Part shown: piece by piece, positions 40,031-49,283 of the stretch | How positions within the stretch are numbered: the stretch's first letter is position 1 | How the letters are laid out: the number at the start of each line of letters is the position of its first letter | From: Bacteroidota bacterium | Lineage (GTDB): Bacteria; Bacteroidota; Bacteroidia; Bacteroidales; UBA7960 | NCBI GenBank assembly: GCA_018335675.1 | Contig: JAGXRQ010000129.1 | Span: 6,253-70,252, forward strand | DNA length: 64,000 bases | Direction of reading: 5' to 3' | The notes under the pieces: generated by a model | Database searches by the model: none | What the model was told of the DNA's origin: nothing | Seen by the model: the letters and a program-made list of their open reading frames with translations, nothing else | Made by a program: the position numbers and the translations under genes

Positions 40031-40543
40031 ATGTTGAAAAACTTAGAAAAGAAAAAGCCAACCGCAAAAAAAGCATTAAAAAGCAAGAAGGAAGAAAAGG
40101 AAAATTTACTTGAAATAGAAAATATTTTGCATTTTGCAATCGAAGGGATTTTAAATAAAAAGGGTCTTGATGTTGTTTGTATCGACCTCAAAAAAATTAA
40201 TAGTAGTGTATGTGATTATTTTGTTATATGTCACGGTACATCAAATACCCATGTTAATGCTCTAGCAGATTCTGTTGAAGATGAAGTTAGGAATAATACA
40301 GGTCAAAAGCCTACTTACAGAGAAGGTTTTGCAAATGCAGAATGGATTTTGTTAGATTTTATTGATGTTGTTGTTCATATATTTCAGGAAGATATTAGAA
40401 ACTTTTATAAACTTGAGTCACTTTGGGCTGATGCACCTATTAAAAAAATCGAGCCTAGTAAACCTGCTGAAGTTAAACCAAAAGTTATAAAACCAAAAAC
40501 TGTCTCCGCAAAAAAGAAAGTTGCTGAAAAGTCTAAAAAATAA
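40031..40543 (+). CDS. rsfS: Ribosome silencing factor RsfS with Lys-rich N- and C-terminal extensions
   Basis: The core DVVCIDLKK...DYFVICHGTSNTHVNALADSV...EWILLDFIDVVVHIF is RsfS/iojap. The tails are KKKPTAKKALKSKKEEKE and KPAEVKPKVIKPKTVSAKKKVAEKSKK. Confidence 0.8.
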   Translation: MLKNLEKKKPTAKKALKSKKEEKENLLEIENILHFAIEGILNKKGLDVVCIDLKKINSSVCDYFVICHGTSNTHVNALADSVEDEVRNNTGQKPTYREGFANAEWILLDFIDVVVHIFQEDIRNFYKLESLWADAPIKKIEPSKPAEVKPKVIKPKTVSAKKKVAEKSKK

Positions 40544-40611
40544 GATATTTCTGAACAAAACATACTTTTTATAGTTATTGAATATTAGTGCATATTAATT
40601 GTTTTATATTG

Positions 40612-42741
40612 ATGAATAAGGAAACACAAAAACCAAACACCGAAAAAAAGACTAACAGTCAAGACCCATTAGGTAAAAACAATGGAACTAATGGAAAGAA
40701 GCCGGCTTTTAATTTTTATTGGATTTATGGAATCCTTGCCGTTATATTTATTGCAGTTTCGTTTTTTAATTGGGATAAATCAATTATTGAAACATCTCAA
40801 CAACAGTTTGAAAATGAAATGCTTAAGGATGGTGATGTTAGAGAAGTGAAAATTGTAAATCAGGAATTAGTTGAAGTTGTGATAAAAGAAACATCATTGC
40901 ATAAAGGAAAGTATGATGAAATTAAAAATAAGGGAATAAATGACAAAGGACCCCATTATGTTTTTACAATAGGCTCTGTCGATAATTTTGAAAACATTGT
41001 TCGAGATTATAACAAAACAGTTGAACAAGCACATCAGGTTAATGTATTTCATGAAAAAAGAAAGAATTGGTCTAGTGATATTTTTAGTTGGCTAATTCCA
41101 ATAGGTCTTTTAATTGTTTTTTGGGTCTTTATATTGAGAAGAATGGCCGGTGGTGGTGCAGGAGGGCAAATGTTCAATATTGGTAAATCAAAGGCTCAAT
41201 TGTTTGATAAAGACACAAATGTCAATATAAACTTTAATGATGTTGCCGGACTAGAAGAAGCAAAGATTGAATTGATGGAAATTGTTGATTTCCTCAAAAA
41301 TCCGAAAAAATATACCAGTCTAGGAGGTAAAATACCCAAAGGCGCTTTACTAATTGGATCGCCGGGGACAGGAAAAACTTTATTGGCAAAGGCTGTTGCT
41401 GGAGAAGCTCAGGTGCCTTTCTTTTCTCTAAGTGGAAGTGATTTTGTTGAGATGTTTGTGGGTGTTGGTGCTTCAAGAGTTAGAGATCTTTTTAAACAAG
41501 CTAAGGAAAAAGCTCCTTGTATTATTTTTATTGATGAAATTGATGCTATTGGTAGGGCAAGGGGTAAAAATCCTGTTACAGGAGCTAATGACGAGAGGGA
41601 AAATACTCTTAACCAGCTTCTTACTGAAATGGATGGTTTTGGCACTAACGTAGGTGTTATTATTCTTGCTGCAACAAATAGAGCCGATATTCTTGACCGT
41701 GCATTAATGAGAGCAGGAAGATTTGATAGGCAAATACACGTTGAAATGCCTGACCTGGAAGAAAGAAAAGCAATATTTAAAGTTCATATGAAACCTCTTA
41801 AGTTTAATGAGGATGTTGATATTGAATTTTTATCTCGTCAAACACCAGGATTTTCCGGAGCTGACATTGCTAATGTTTGTAATGAAGCGGCTTTGATTGC
41901 TGCAAGAAGAAACAAAACGTCTATTGAAAAACAAGATTTTCTTGATGCTATAGACAGAATTGTAGGAGGTCTTGAAAAACGAAATAAGATTATCTCTCCG
42001 AATGAAAAGAAAACTGTTGCTTATCATGAGTCGGGACATGCTACTGTTAGCTGGCTTCTTGAACATGCTCACCCTTTGGTTAAAGTAACTATTGTTCCTC
42101 GCGGTAAAGCTTTAGGCGCTGCCTGGTATCTGCCGGAAGAAAGACAGATTACAACATTTGAGCAAATTTTTGATGATATTACTGCAACACTTGGTGGGAG
42201 AGCAGCCGAGGAAGTTATTTTTGGCAAAACTTCTACCGGCGCATTAAACGACCTTGAGAAAATTACTAAACAAGCTTATGCAATTGTTGCTTATTTCGGA
42301 CTTAATAAAAAGCTTGGAAATATAAGTTATTATGATTCTACAGGTCAGTCTGAGTTTTCTTTTACAAAGCCTTTTTCTGAAAAAACTGCTGAAACTATTG
42401 ATGAGGAAGTAAGAAATATTGTTGAAGCAGCATACCAAAGAGCTAAGAAGATTCTTCTTGAAAACAAAGCAAAATTGGTTGAACTTGCTGAGTTATTACT
42501 CCAAAAAGAAGTAATATTTAGGGAAGATCTTGAGGGAATTTTCGGAAAAAGACCTTTTGCAGAGGTTCAATATCAAGAAAAGAAAGTAAAAGAAATTGCG
42601 GAAGAAAAATCTAAAACTGCGAAAAAGCCTTTAGTGAAAAAAGAAAACAAGCCAACTTCTGAAAAACCTAAGGTTGCTGTTAAAAAAGATTCTGATAAAA
42701 GTGTAGCTGCAAAAACGGTTAAACCTAAGAAAGTAAAATAA
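40612..42741 (+). CDS. ftsH: ATP-dependent zinc metalloprotease FtsH
   Basis: Walker A GSPGTGKTLLAKAVAGEA, Walker B IIFIDEIDA, and the zinc site HESGHA. The C-terminal tail is Lys-rich. The ATG at 40612 is preferred over the GTG at 40588. Confidence 0.97.
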   Translation: MNKETQKPNTEKKTNSQDPLGKNNGTNGKKPAFNFYWIYGILAVIFIAVSFFNWDKSIIETSQQQFENEMLKDGDVREVKIVNQELVEVVIKETSLHKGKYDEIKNKGINDKGPHYVFTIGSVDNFENIVRDYNKTVEQAHQVNVFHEKRKNWSSDIFSWLIPIGLLIVFWVFILRRMAGGGAGGQMFNIGKSKAQLFDKDTNVNINFNDVAGLEEAKIELMEIVDFLKNPKKYTSLGGKIPKGALLIGSPGTGKTLLAKAVAGEAQVPFFSLSGSDFVEMFVGVGASRVRDLFKQAKEKAPCIIFIDEIDAIGRARGKNPVTGANDERENTLNQLLTEMDGFGTNVGVIILAATNRADILDRALMRAGRFDRQIHVEMPDLEERKAIFKVHMKPLKFNEDVDIEFLSRQTPGFSGADIANVCNEAALIAARRNKTSIEKQDFLDAIDRIVGGLEKRNKIISPNEKKTVAYHESGHATVSWLLEHAHPLVKVTIVPRGKALGAAWYLPEERQITTFEQIFDDITATLGGRAAEEVIFGKTSTGALNDLEKITKQAYAIVAYFGLNKKLGNISYYDSTGQSEFSFTKPFSEKTAETIDEEVRNIVEAAYQRAKKILLENKAKLVELAELLLQKEVIFREDLEGIFGKRPFAEVQYQEKKVKEIAEEKSKTAKKPLVKKENKPTSEKPKVAVKKDSDKSVAAKTVKPKKVK

Positions 42742-43382
42742 TGCAGGATAGTACATCAAAGGAGAAAGTATTAAAGAATATCAGGGCTGCACTCGTAAAT
42801 CCGATGCTTCCCCCATTTCCTCCTCAGGATACGACAGCACCCGTTCTTCAACCTTTGGAAGATGAAGATAGTCTTGATGTTTCCTTTGCTATGGCTTTTA
42901 ATGCAGTTGGCGGGCAATTTGTTTATACTCTCAATTCTTCTGAGTTAAAGGAAGGCATTTTATCTCTAATTAATCAGAAGGATTATAAAACAGTTTATTG
43001 CAGTATTCCTGATATTAAAGATTTTCTTATTAGAAAAAAAGTTCAAATTATTGAGGATGAATCTCAGGTGCCTCATTGCGATTTGGTAATTTCTGATTGT
43101 GAATGTCTTATAGCTCGTTTTGGCTCTATTGTATTTAGCAGTAAGCAATCCTTATCGCGCAAAGGTATTGCTAGTCCTGAAAGCCACATTGTTGTTGCGA
43201 ATAATAATCAGGTCGTAAAAGATATTAAGGATGCAATGACGTATTTGAAAGATAAATATGAAAATGTTATTCCATCTATGTTGTCAGTTGTTACAGGGCC
43301 TAGTAGAACAGCCGATATTGAAAAAACATTGGTGATGGGAGCGCATGGACAAAAAGAACTTTTTGTTTTTATGTTAGGATAA
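42741..43382 (+). CDS. LUD-domain protein (LutC/YkgG family)
   Basis: 213 aa. The N-terminus KEKVLKNIRAAL and the overall size fit LutC-like proteins. Its ATG shares one base with the ftsH stop codon (TAATG). Confidence 0.7.
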   Translation: MQDSTSKEKVLKNIRAALVNPMLPPFPPQDTTAPVLQPLEDEDSLDVSFAMAFNAVGGQFVYTLNSSELKEGILSLINQKDYKTVYCSIPDIKDFLIRKKVQIIEDESQVPHCDLVISDCECLIARFGSIVFSSKQSLSRKGIASPESHIVVANNNQVVKDIKDAMTYLKDKYENVIPSMLSVVTGPSRTADIEKTLVMGAHGQKELFVFMLG

Positions 43383-43386
43383 TATT

Positions 43387-43590
43387 ATGAATGATAATTG
43401 GGAAAAGGTTTATACATCAACATTTGAACATAAAGTTGAAATTGTAAAAGCAGTTTTGGAAAACAATGATATTGAGTCAATTATTTTAAATAAGAAGGAT
43501 TCTTTTTATCTTATGGGCGAAATTGAATTATATGTTAGCAAAGATGATGTAATTAGAGCAATAACTATAATCGAAAAGGAGGAAATTTGA
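43387..43590 (+). CDS. DUF2007-like small protein (putative signal-transducing fold)
   Basis: 67 aa. VYTSTFEHKVEIVKAVLENNDIESIILNKKD is typical of DUF2007. Confidence 0.55.
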   Translation: MNDNWEKVYTSTFEHKVEIVKAVLENNDIESIILNKKDSFYLMGEIELYVSKDDVIRAITIIEKEEI

Positions 43591-44405
43591 GTAATATATT
43601 ACAGCGAACAATAACAGGTGTTGTTTTTGTTTTTTTAATTGTCCTGACAATTCATTTTGGTCATATATACTTTTCTGCTTTGTTTCTGATTGTTAATATC
43701 ATCGCAATGTGGGAGTTTTATTCCCTAATTGAGAAAAAGGATGTAACAGCCAATAAATATGCAGGTATCGCAGCAGGTACATTTTTGTTTGCTTCAAATG
43801 CTCTCATAGCATTAGATTTGGCGCCTCGTGCTGTGCTACATATTAATTTTATTGCAATTTTTTTGATTTTTCTTTTTGAACTTTATAGGAAAAACAAGCA
43901 TCCATTCTCAACTATAGCATTTACTTTTTTTGGGATATTGTATATTGCGGTTCCCTTTTCTTTGATGAACTACTTTCCAAATCCTGCGCAAGAAAGCAAT
44001 GTTTACCACTTGGAAATATTGATGGGTTTCTTCATACTAGTATGGGTAAACGAGACTTTTGCTTATATAGTTGGAATCTCAATTGGAAAACACAGACTTT
44101 TCGAGAGAATATCCCCCAAGAAATCGTGGGAAGGAGCTATTGGTGGAGGAATTATGTGTTTGGTAGCAGCATTCGTTATATCATATTTTTATACCCAAAT
44201 CACACATATTGATTGGTTAATAATTGCAGGAATTGTTATCGTATTCGGAACATATGGCGATTTGTTTGAATCAATGTTTAAACGTAGCATAGATGCAAAA
44301 GATAGTGGAGTTCTCCTTCCAGGTCATGGAGGCGTGCTTGATAGATTCGACGGCGTTTTCATGGCTGCTCCATTTGTATATGTTTACCTTTTACTTATTT
44401 TTTAG
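43587..44405 (+). CDS. cdsA: Phosphatidate cytidylyltransferase
   Basis: CTP-transferase signature SMFKRSIDAKDSGVLLPGHGGVLDRFDG. The TTG start is preceded by AAGGAGG (43576-43582). Confidence 0.88.
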   Translation: MSNILQRTITGVVFVFLIVLTIHFGHIYFSALFLIVNIIAMWEFYSLIEKKDVTANKYAGIAAGTFLFASNALIALDLAPRAVLHINFIAIFLIFLFELYRKNKHPFSTIAFTFFGILYIAVPFSLMNYFPNPAQESNVYHLEILMGFFILVWVNETFAYIVGISIGKHRLFERISPKKSWEGAIGGGIMCLVAAFVISYFYTQITHIDWLIIAGIVIVFGTYGDLFESMFKRSIDAKDSGVLLPGHGGVLDRFDGVFMAAPFVYVYLLLIF

Positions 44406-44416
44406 ATTGTTTTTTT

Positions 44417-45079
44417 ATGAAGATTCACAAAGAAGGATTTACTAGTATTATTATAACCACAATTATATTTTTAGCTTCTGTAATAGTTATTCAGATTGTC
44501 TCTAAAGATTTCCATTGGCTTCATGGCATTCTTTATGTTTCTTTTATAATAACTTGGGGAATAGTTGTTTACTTTTTTAGAGTTCCTAAAAGAAAGTTTG
44601 TTTTTGATGAAAACGCAATAATTAGTCCTGCTGATGGGAAAATTGTGGTAGTGGAGAAAGTTATAGTAAATGAGTTTTTTAGGAATGAAGAAAGACTACA
44701 GGTTTCAATATTTATGTCGCCTCTTGATGTGCATATGAATATTATTCCTTTCAATGGTATTATAAAATATTTCAAATATTACCCAGGTAAATATCTATTT
44801 GCTTGGGCTCCAAAATCTTCATTAATTAATGAAAGAACAAGTATTGTTTTGGAGAAAGATTCCAAAAAAAATGCACTGATTCGCCAGATTGCAGGTGCAT
44901 TAGCAAGGCGAATTGTTTGTTATTGCAAGAAAGATAAATCCTTTAATCAAGGTGAGCAGCTAGGATTTATAAAATTTGGGTCAAGAGTTGATTTATTCCT
45001 ACCACTTGATACAAAAATCAATGTTAAAATAGGGGATAGGGTTGTTGGAGGAATTAGTATTATTGGATATTGGGACTAA
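44417..45079 (+). CDS. psd: Phosphatidylserine decarboxylase proenzyme (short form)
   Basis: 220 aa. The self-cleavage motif is FGSRV within GFIKFGSRVDLFLP. The N-terminus has TM helices. Confidence 0.88.
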   Translation: MKIHKEGFTSIIITTIIFLASVIVIQIVSKDFHWLHGILYVSFIITWGIVVYFFRVPKRKFVFDENAIISPADGKIVVVEKVIVNEFFRNEERLQVSIFMSPLDVHMNIIPFNGIIKYFKYYPGKYLFAWAPKSSLINERTSIVLEKDSKKNALIRQIAGALARRIVCYCKKDKSFNQGEQLGFIKFGSRVDLFLPLDTKINVKIGDRVVGGISIIGYWD

Positions 45080-45786
45080 AGAATATCTTTTAATTCAGCC
45101 AAGGATTTTATAACAAATGTAGGTTCTGGGTTATCATGCCCATTGTGATATGGCTGTTTAAACCAGACAGATTCTATTCCAGCATTGGTTGCTCCAAAAA
45201 TATCTGACTCCGGATCGTCGCCCACAACAAGACATTTTTCTTTGCTTGCACCGGTTTTTTCTATTGTATAATTAAAAAATCTTTTGTCGGGCTTAAGGCA
45301 GCCAACATCTTCGCTTAAAATCACTTCAGTAAAATACTTGTCAAGTCCGCTATTCTTTAGCTTCGGCAGCTGAATTTCACTGAATCCGTTGCTAATTATA
45401 CATAATTGATACTTTTCAGAAAGGTATGAAAGTATATCCTCGACACCTTCAAATAAAGTAATATTTTCAGGATTGTACTTTATATATTTGTTTGCCATTT
45501 CCTTACCTATACGCTCAGCTTCAATATCATTTATAAACATTTTTAGTGTGTTTATAAATCTATCGTCATTTAGGCTTTTTTTACCAATGATTCCTGCTCT
45601 ATACTCTTCCCAAAGTACTTTATTAATAGATTTGTATGCTCCAATAAAATCTTCAAATGAGGCTGAGCAAAGCTTTTCAAGATTAAGTTCATCAAATAGT
45701 CTTTTTATAACTTGCTTTGCATTGGCTTTAAAATCCCATAAGGTTTGATCTAAATCAAATAAGATGTGTGTATATTTTTTGTTCAA
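45076..45786 (-). CDS. HAD-superfamily hydrolase, YjjG-like nucleotidase
   Basis: HILFDLDQTLWDF (the DxD motif) and VVGDDPESDI. TTG start. Confidence 0.72.
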   Translation of the reverse strand: MNKKYTHILFDLDQTLWDFKANAKQVIKRLFDELNLEKLCSASFEDFIGAYKSINKVLWEEYRAGIIGKKSLNDDRFINTLKMFINDIEAERIGKEMANKYIKYNPENITLFEGVEDILSYLSEKYQLCIISNGFSEIQLPKLKNSGLDKYFTEVILSEDVGCLKPDKRFFNYTIEKTGASKEKCLVVGDDPESDIFGATNAGIESVWFKQPYHNGHDNPEPTFVIKSLAELKDIL

Positions 45787-45809
45787 GACAGTATTTTTTA
45801 AATCGCTTG

Positions 45810-45817
45810 CAAAATTA
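45810..45817 (-). promoter_or_regulatory. Candidate -7 element TAATTTTG for the HAD gene
   Basis: The plus strand reads CAAAATTA. It lies 24 nt upstream of the start at 45786 and overlaps the left arm of the adjacent inverted repeat. Confidence 0.35.
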
Positions 45818-45844
45818 AGCTTTATAGAGCAATAAAGCTTAATT
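45813..45844 (-). terminator. 13-bp perfect inverted repeat downstream of recQ
   Basis: AATTAAGCTTTAT-AGAGCA-ATAAAGCTTAATT lies 13 nt after the recQ stop codon. Confidence 0.45.
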
Positions 45845-45856
45845 CGTTAAGAATAA

Positions 45857-47773
45857 TTAGGAATTTTCATTCCAGGTCAAGACTTGGGTGTCAGGGTTGA
45901 TTATAATCTTCTTACTATCAATTAGATATCGGATAACATTCATTATTTGCAGTTCTTCCTTGCTGCTTTTTGCTGTTTTCATTACTTCGTCTACAGTAAA
46001 AGCTTTGTCCTTTACCATTGGCTTTAGCCATTCTAGAACCTTATCAAACTCAAGATTACTAAGTTCTAATTTATTTCTTTCAAGGCAAACATCACATCTG
46101 CCGCAACGTTTTGCATCTTCTTCTCCGAAATATTCTATCAAGTATTGGCTTCTACATTTACTAATTGATGTAACGTATGCAATCATAGCCTCAGCTCTCA
46201 ATTCTGCAAACTTCTTCCTGTCTGCGTAAACCTGTGGAGATAAAATAAAGTCTCTGGAATCAACTCTGCCTTGACAATATACAATTCTTGGTTTGTTGTT
46301 TTGAGGAGAATATTTTACAATTTTCATATTATCGAGCTGCTTAAGGCTATTAATTATATCATCTTTTCCTAAATTTAGCCTTTTAGCAATAACGCTTTCA
46401 TCAATTTTTATCATATCTGAAAACAATCCCGAATACGACCTCAGTAAGGTTTTTAATATGTTATCGAAAGCGGGTGTTGAAACCTGAAATCTGTAAATAT
46501 CTTCTTTGTTGAGCAAAATCAGAAGCTTTGATGGGTTACTTAAAGCTCCCTCAAGTAATATGTAGCCTTCGCTCTCGAGTAACTTTAAAGCATTGTATGC
46601 TTCAATTGTGTTAAAATTATAATTATTGCAGAATTCAGATAATTCGAAATCAAAAGCAAAATTTTCTCCACTTCCTACAGCTAACTGAAAATAGTTTCCT
46701 AGTGAATTGTAAACTTGCTTTATAAACTTAATTTCAGGGTAAGATGAGCGGATAAATGCTCTTGTATTTGAAATATCAGATTGATCATACAAAAGCACTG
46801 TATAGGCTTTTTTTCCGTCTCTTCCAGCTCTTCCAGCCTCTTGAAAGTATGCTTCCGGACTCTCGGGCATGTCTATATGTACTACAAATCTTACTGTGGG
46901 CTTATCAATACCCATCCCAAAAGCATTTGTTGCAACAATAACAGGAAATTTATCACTCATCCATGCATCTTGTTTGCGACTTCTTGTTATAGCATCCAAA
47001 CCGGCATGATAGTAATCAGACTGAATTCCATTCTTTTTTAAATAAGTTGCTATTTCCTTAGTTCTTTTTCTACTTCTGACATAAACTACACCTGTTCCTT
47101 TAACATTCCTGCATATCTTCAATAATCTTCCCAGCTTATCTTCTTCTTTATATACAACGTAAGCAAGGTTTTTTCTCTCAAATCCTGAACGAAAAACACA
47201 GTGGTTTTTAAACTCAAGTCTTTCAATAATATCTTTTACTACTGATTTTGTTGCAGTTGCAGTTAGAGCTAAAAATGGAACATTAGGTAATAATTCCCTG
47301 ATTTCAGATATTCTTAAATATGGTGGACGAAAGTCGTAACCCCATTGAGATATACAATGCGATTCATCGATAGCAACAAGATTAACATTCATCTTCTGCA
47401 TTCTCACCCTCATAATTTTTGTAACAAGCCTTTCAGGACTTACATACAAAAACTTAATATTTCCGTAAACACAATTATCAAGTATTATATCAATTTCCCT
47501 AGAACTCATGCCTGAATAAACACAAACAGCCTTTATGCCTCTTTGCTTAAGATTTTCGACCTGATCTTTCATAAGTGCAATAAGAGGAGATATCACTATG
47601 CAAAGACCTTCTTTGGCAAGTCCGGGAACCTGATAACATATAGATTTTCCACCTCCTGTTGGCAATAAAGCAAGGGTATCTTTTCCTTCCAATACAGAAT
47701 TTATGATGTCTTCCTGTAATGGTCGGAATTTGGAGTATCCCCAGTATTTAAGTAATATCTGCTTTATTTCCAA
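45857..47773 (-). CDS. recQ: RecQ-family ATP-dependent DNA helicase
   Basis: Walker A LPTGGGKS, DExH box AIDESHCISQWGYDFRP, and the helicase C motif FQEAGRAGRDG. 638 aa. TTG start. Confidence 0.9.
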   Translation of the reverse strand: MEIKQILLKYWGYSKFRPLQEDIINSVLEGKDTLALLPTGGGKSICYQVPGLAKEGLCIVISPLIALMKDQVENLKQRGIKAVCVYSGMSSREIDIILDNCVYGNIKFLYVSPERLVTKIMRVRMQKMNVNLVAIDESHCISQWGYDFRPPYLRISEIRELLPNVPFLALTATATKSVVKDIIERLEFKNHCVFRSGFERKNLAYVVYKEEDKLGRLLKICRNVKGTGVVYVRSRKRTKEIATYLKKNGIQSDYYHAGLDAITRSRKQDAWMSDKFPVIVATNAFGMGIDKPTVRFVVHIDMPESPEAYFQEAGRAGRDGKKAYTVLLYDQSDISNTRAFIRSSYPEIKFIKQVYNSLGNYFQLAVGSGENFAFDFELSEFCNNYNFNTIEAYNALKLLESEGYILLEGALSNPSKLLILLNKEDIYRFQVSTPAFDNILKTLLRSYSGLFSDMIKIDESVIAKRLNLGKDDIINSLKQLDNMKIVKYSPQNNKPRIVYCQGRVDSRDFILSPQVYADRKKFAELRAEAMIAYVTSISKCRSQYLIEYFGEEDAKRCGRCDVCLERNKLELSNLEFDKVLEWLKPMVKDKAFTVDEVMKTAKSSKEELQIMNVIRYLIDSKKIIINPDTQVLTWNENS

Positions 47774-47811
47774 AATTTTGTAAATATTAAAGGGTTTTTG
47801 CTAAAATCAAC

Positions 47812-47819
47812 TAATTTTG
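47812..47819 (+). promoter_or_regulatory. Candidate -7 element TAATTTTG
   Basis: Matches TAnnTTTG and lies 70 nt upstream of the ATG at 47889. Confidence 0.3.
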
Positions 47820-47888
47820 AAAAATGTTGTAAAAACAGCACCTTTATTGTTTTAAAATATTGCGTTTAACTAGTTTTTCAAATCAATA

Positions 47889-49283
47889 ATGTCAAAAGTA
47901 ATACTTTTTTTCTCTATTTTTTTAATTAGCATTACTGCTCTTTCCCTTGAAAGAGTAGTAAGGGATAATGAAATTCCTATAGAAGAGTTAAATGATATGC
48001 TCTTAAATGCCGTTTATAAAGGTAATTTAGATAGTGTTAAAATATTGTTGCAAAAGGGGGCAAATGCAAATGCAACAGACTTAAGAAATATTTCAGCCTT
48101 AATTTATGCTGTTCAAGGTGGCTATGATTCAATAGTTGAGGTACTTGCGGAAAATGGTGCTGATCTAAATCATAAAGGTTATTTAAGGAGAACGGCTTTG
48201 TTTGAGGCTTCAAGATTTAATTACTTTCATATTGCAGAATATCTTGTTTTAAAGGGTGCCGAAATAAATTCGGGCGATATCTATGGAAATACAGCTTTAT
48301 TTTATGCTGTTGCTAATGCAAATTTCTTTATGGCCGATATGTTAATTTTCTACGGTGCTAATGTAAATCATAAAAATAATAAGCAAGCTTCACCTTTGCA
48401 TATAGCAAGCTGGTATGGACAATTGGAAATTGCAGGATTACTAATTGAGGCCGGAAGCGATGTTGATGCTGCCGACAGACATGGTAATTCTCCCTTAATT
48501 GTTGCTGTGATGTCATACAATATTGATATGGCATGGTATCTTATAGAAAGTGGTGCAGATATAGTATCTCTTAATAATGAATTTCACGACATTTTCTCTA
48601 TTGCAGCCTTTAATAAAGATTATGAGATGTTCGATTTTTTAGCAAGCTATAATGTTAAACCTGAAGATTATCCTCATAAATATAAAAGCCCTGCAGGTAT
48701 ATCATACTTGCGCAACGATAAAGAATTGAAAAGGCTGATTTCAAAGCATAAAGAATTTAAGCCCAAAGGACTGTATATTACTCATTTTGTGTATGAACCG
48801 ACGTTTCATTTTAGTAATAATGAATTTATGGTTGGCGCTCAAGTGGGATTTTTTGAATCTAGATTAGGCTTTAATCTTCTGCTGGGATATGAATCAAGAA
48901 TCGACCATAAAAAAGTTTTGGTAGCAGAAAGTGAAGATTTGTCTTATCAATATTGGGAAAAAAGAAGAATATGGCATTTGGCTTTAAATAAAGAACATTC
49001 ATTTTATCTTGGAAATTTTGTTGCAGGATTTCATTATGGAATAAAAGGCGCCTATACATATGGTTCTTACCGAGGTTCTGAAAATTATCCTGAAAGCAGA
49101 TTTTTGGCAGCTCCATTTGCCGGTGTTTTTATAGGAAATGAGTGGTTTAGAATAAAATCCGAATATGAGTATTTTGATATAAAACAACCTTCTATTCCCA
49201 AAAATAGATATAGTATTGGCGTTTCATTTAAAATACCAATCAGAAGTATTAATTTTACAGAGTCGAATTATTCGGTTTTCTAG
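47889..49283 (+). CDS. Signal-peptide ankyrin-repeat protein fused to a C-terminal predicted beta-barrel domain
   Basis: Signal peptide VILFFSIFLISITALS. There are about 6-7 ANK repeats (G-x-TALxYA..G....v..Ll..GAdvN pattern). The last ~200 aa show alternating aromatic/hydrophobic strands and end in a terminal Phe (NYSVF). Confidence 0.8.
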   Translation: MSKVILFFSIFLISITALSLERVVRDNEIPIEELNDMLLNAVYKGNLDSVKILLQKGANANATDLRNISALIYAVQGGYDSIVEVLAENGADLNHKGYLRRTALFEASRFNYFHIAEYLVLKGAEINSGDIYGNTALFYAVANANFFMADMLIFYGANVNHKNNKQASPLHIASWYGQLEIAGLLIEAGSDVDAADRHGNSPLIVAVMSYNIDMAWYLIESGADIVSLNNEFHDIFSIAAFNKDYEMFDFLASYNVKPEDYPHKYKSPAGISYLRNDKELKRLISKHKEFKPKGLYITHFVYEPTFHFSNNEFMVGAQVGFFESRLGFNLLLGYESRIDHKKVLVAESEDLSYQYWEKRRIWHLALNKEHSFYLGNFVAGFHYGIKGAYTYGSYRGSENYPESRFLAAPFAGVFIGNEWFRIKSEYEYFDIKQPSIPKNRYSIGVSFKIPIRSINFTESNYSVF

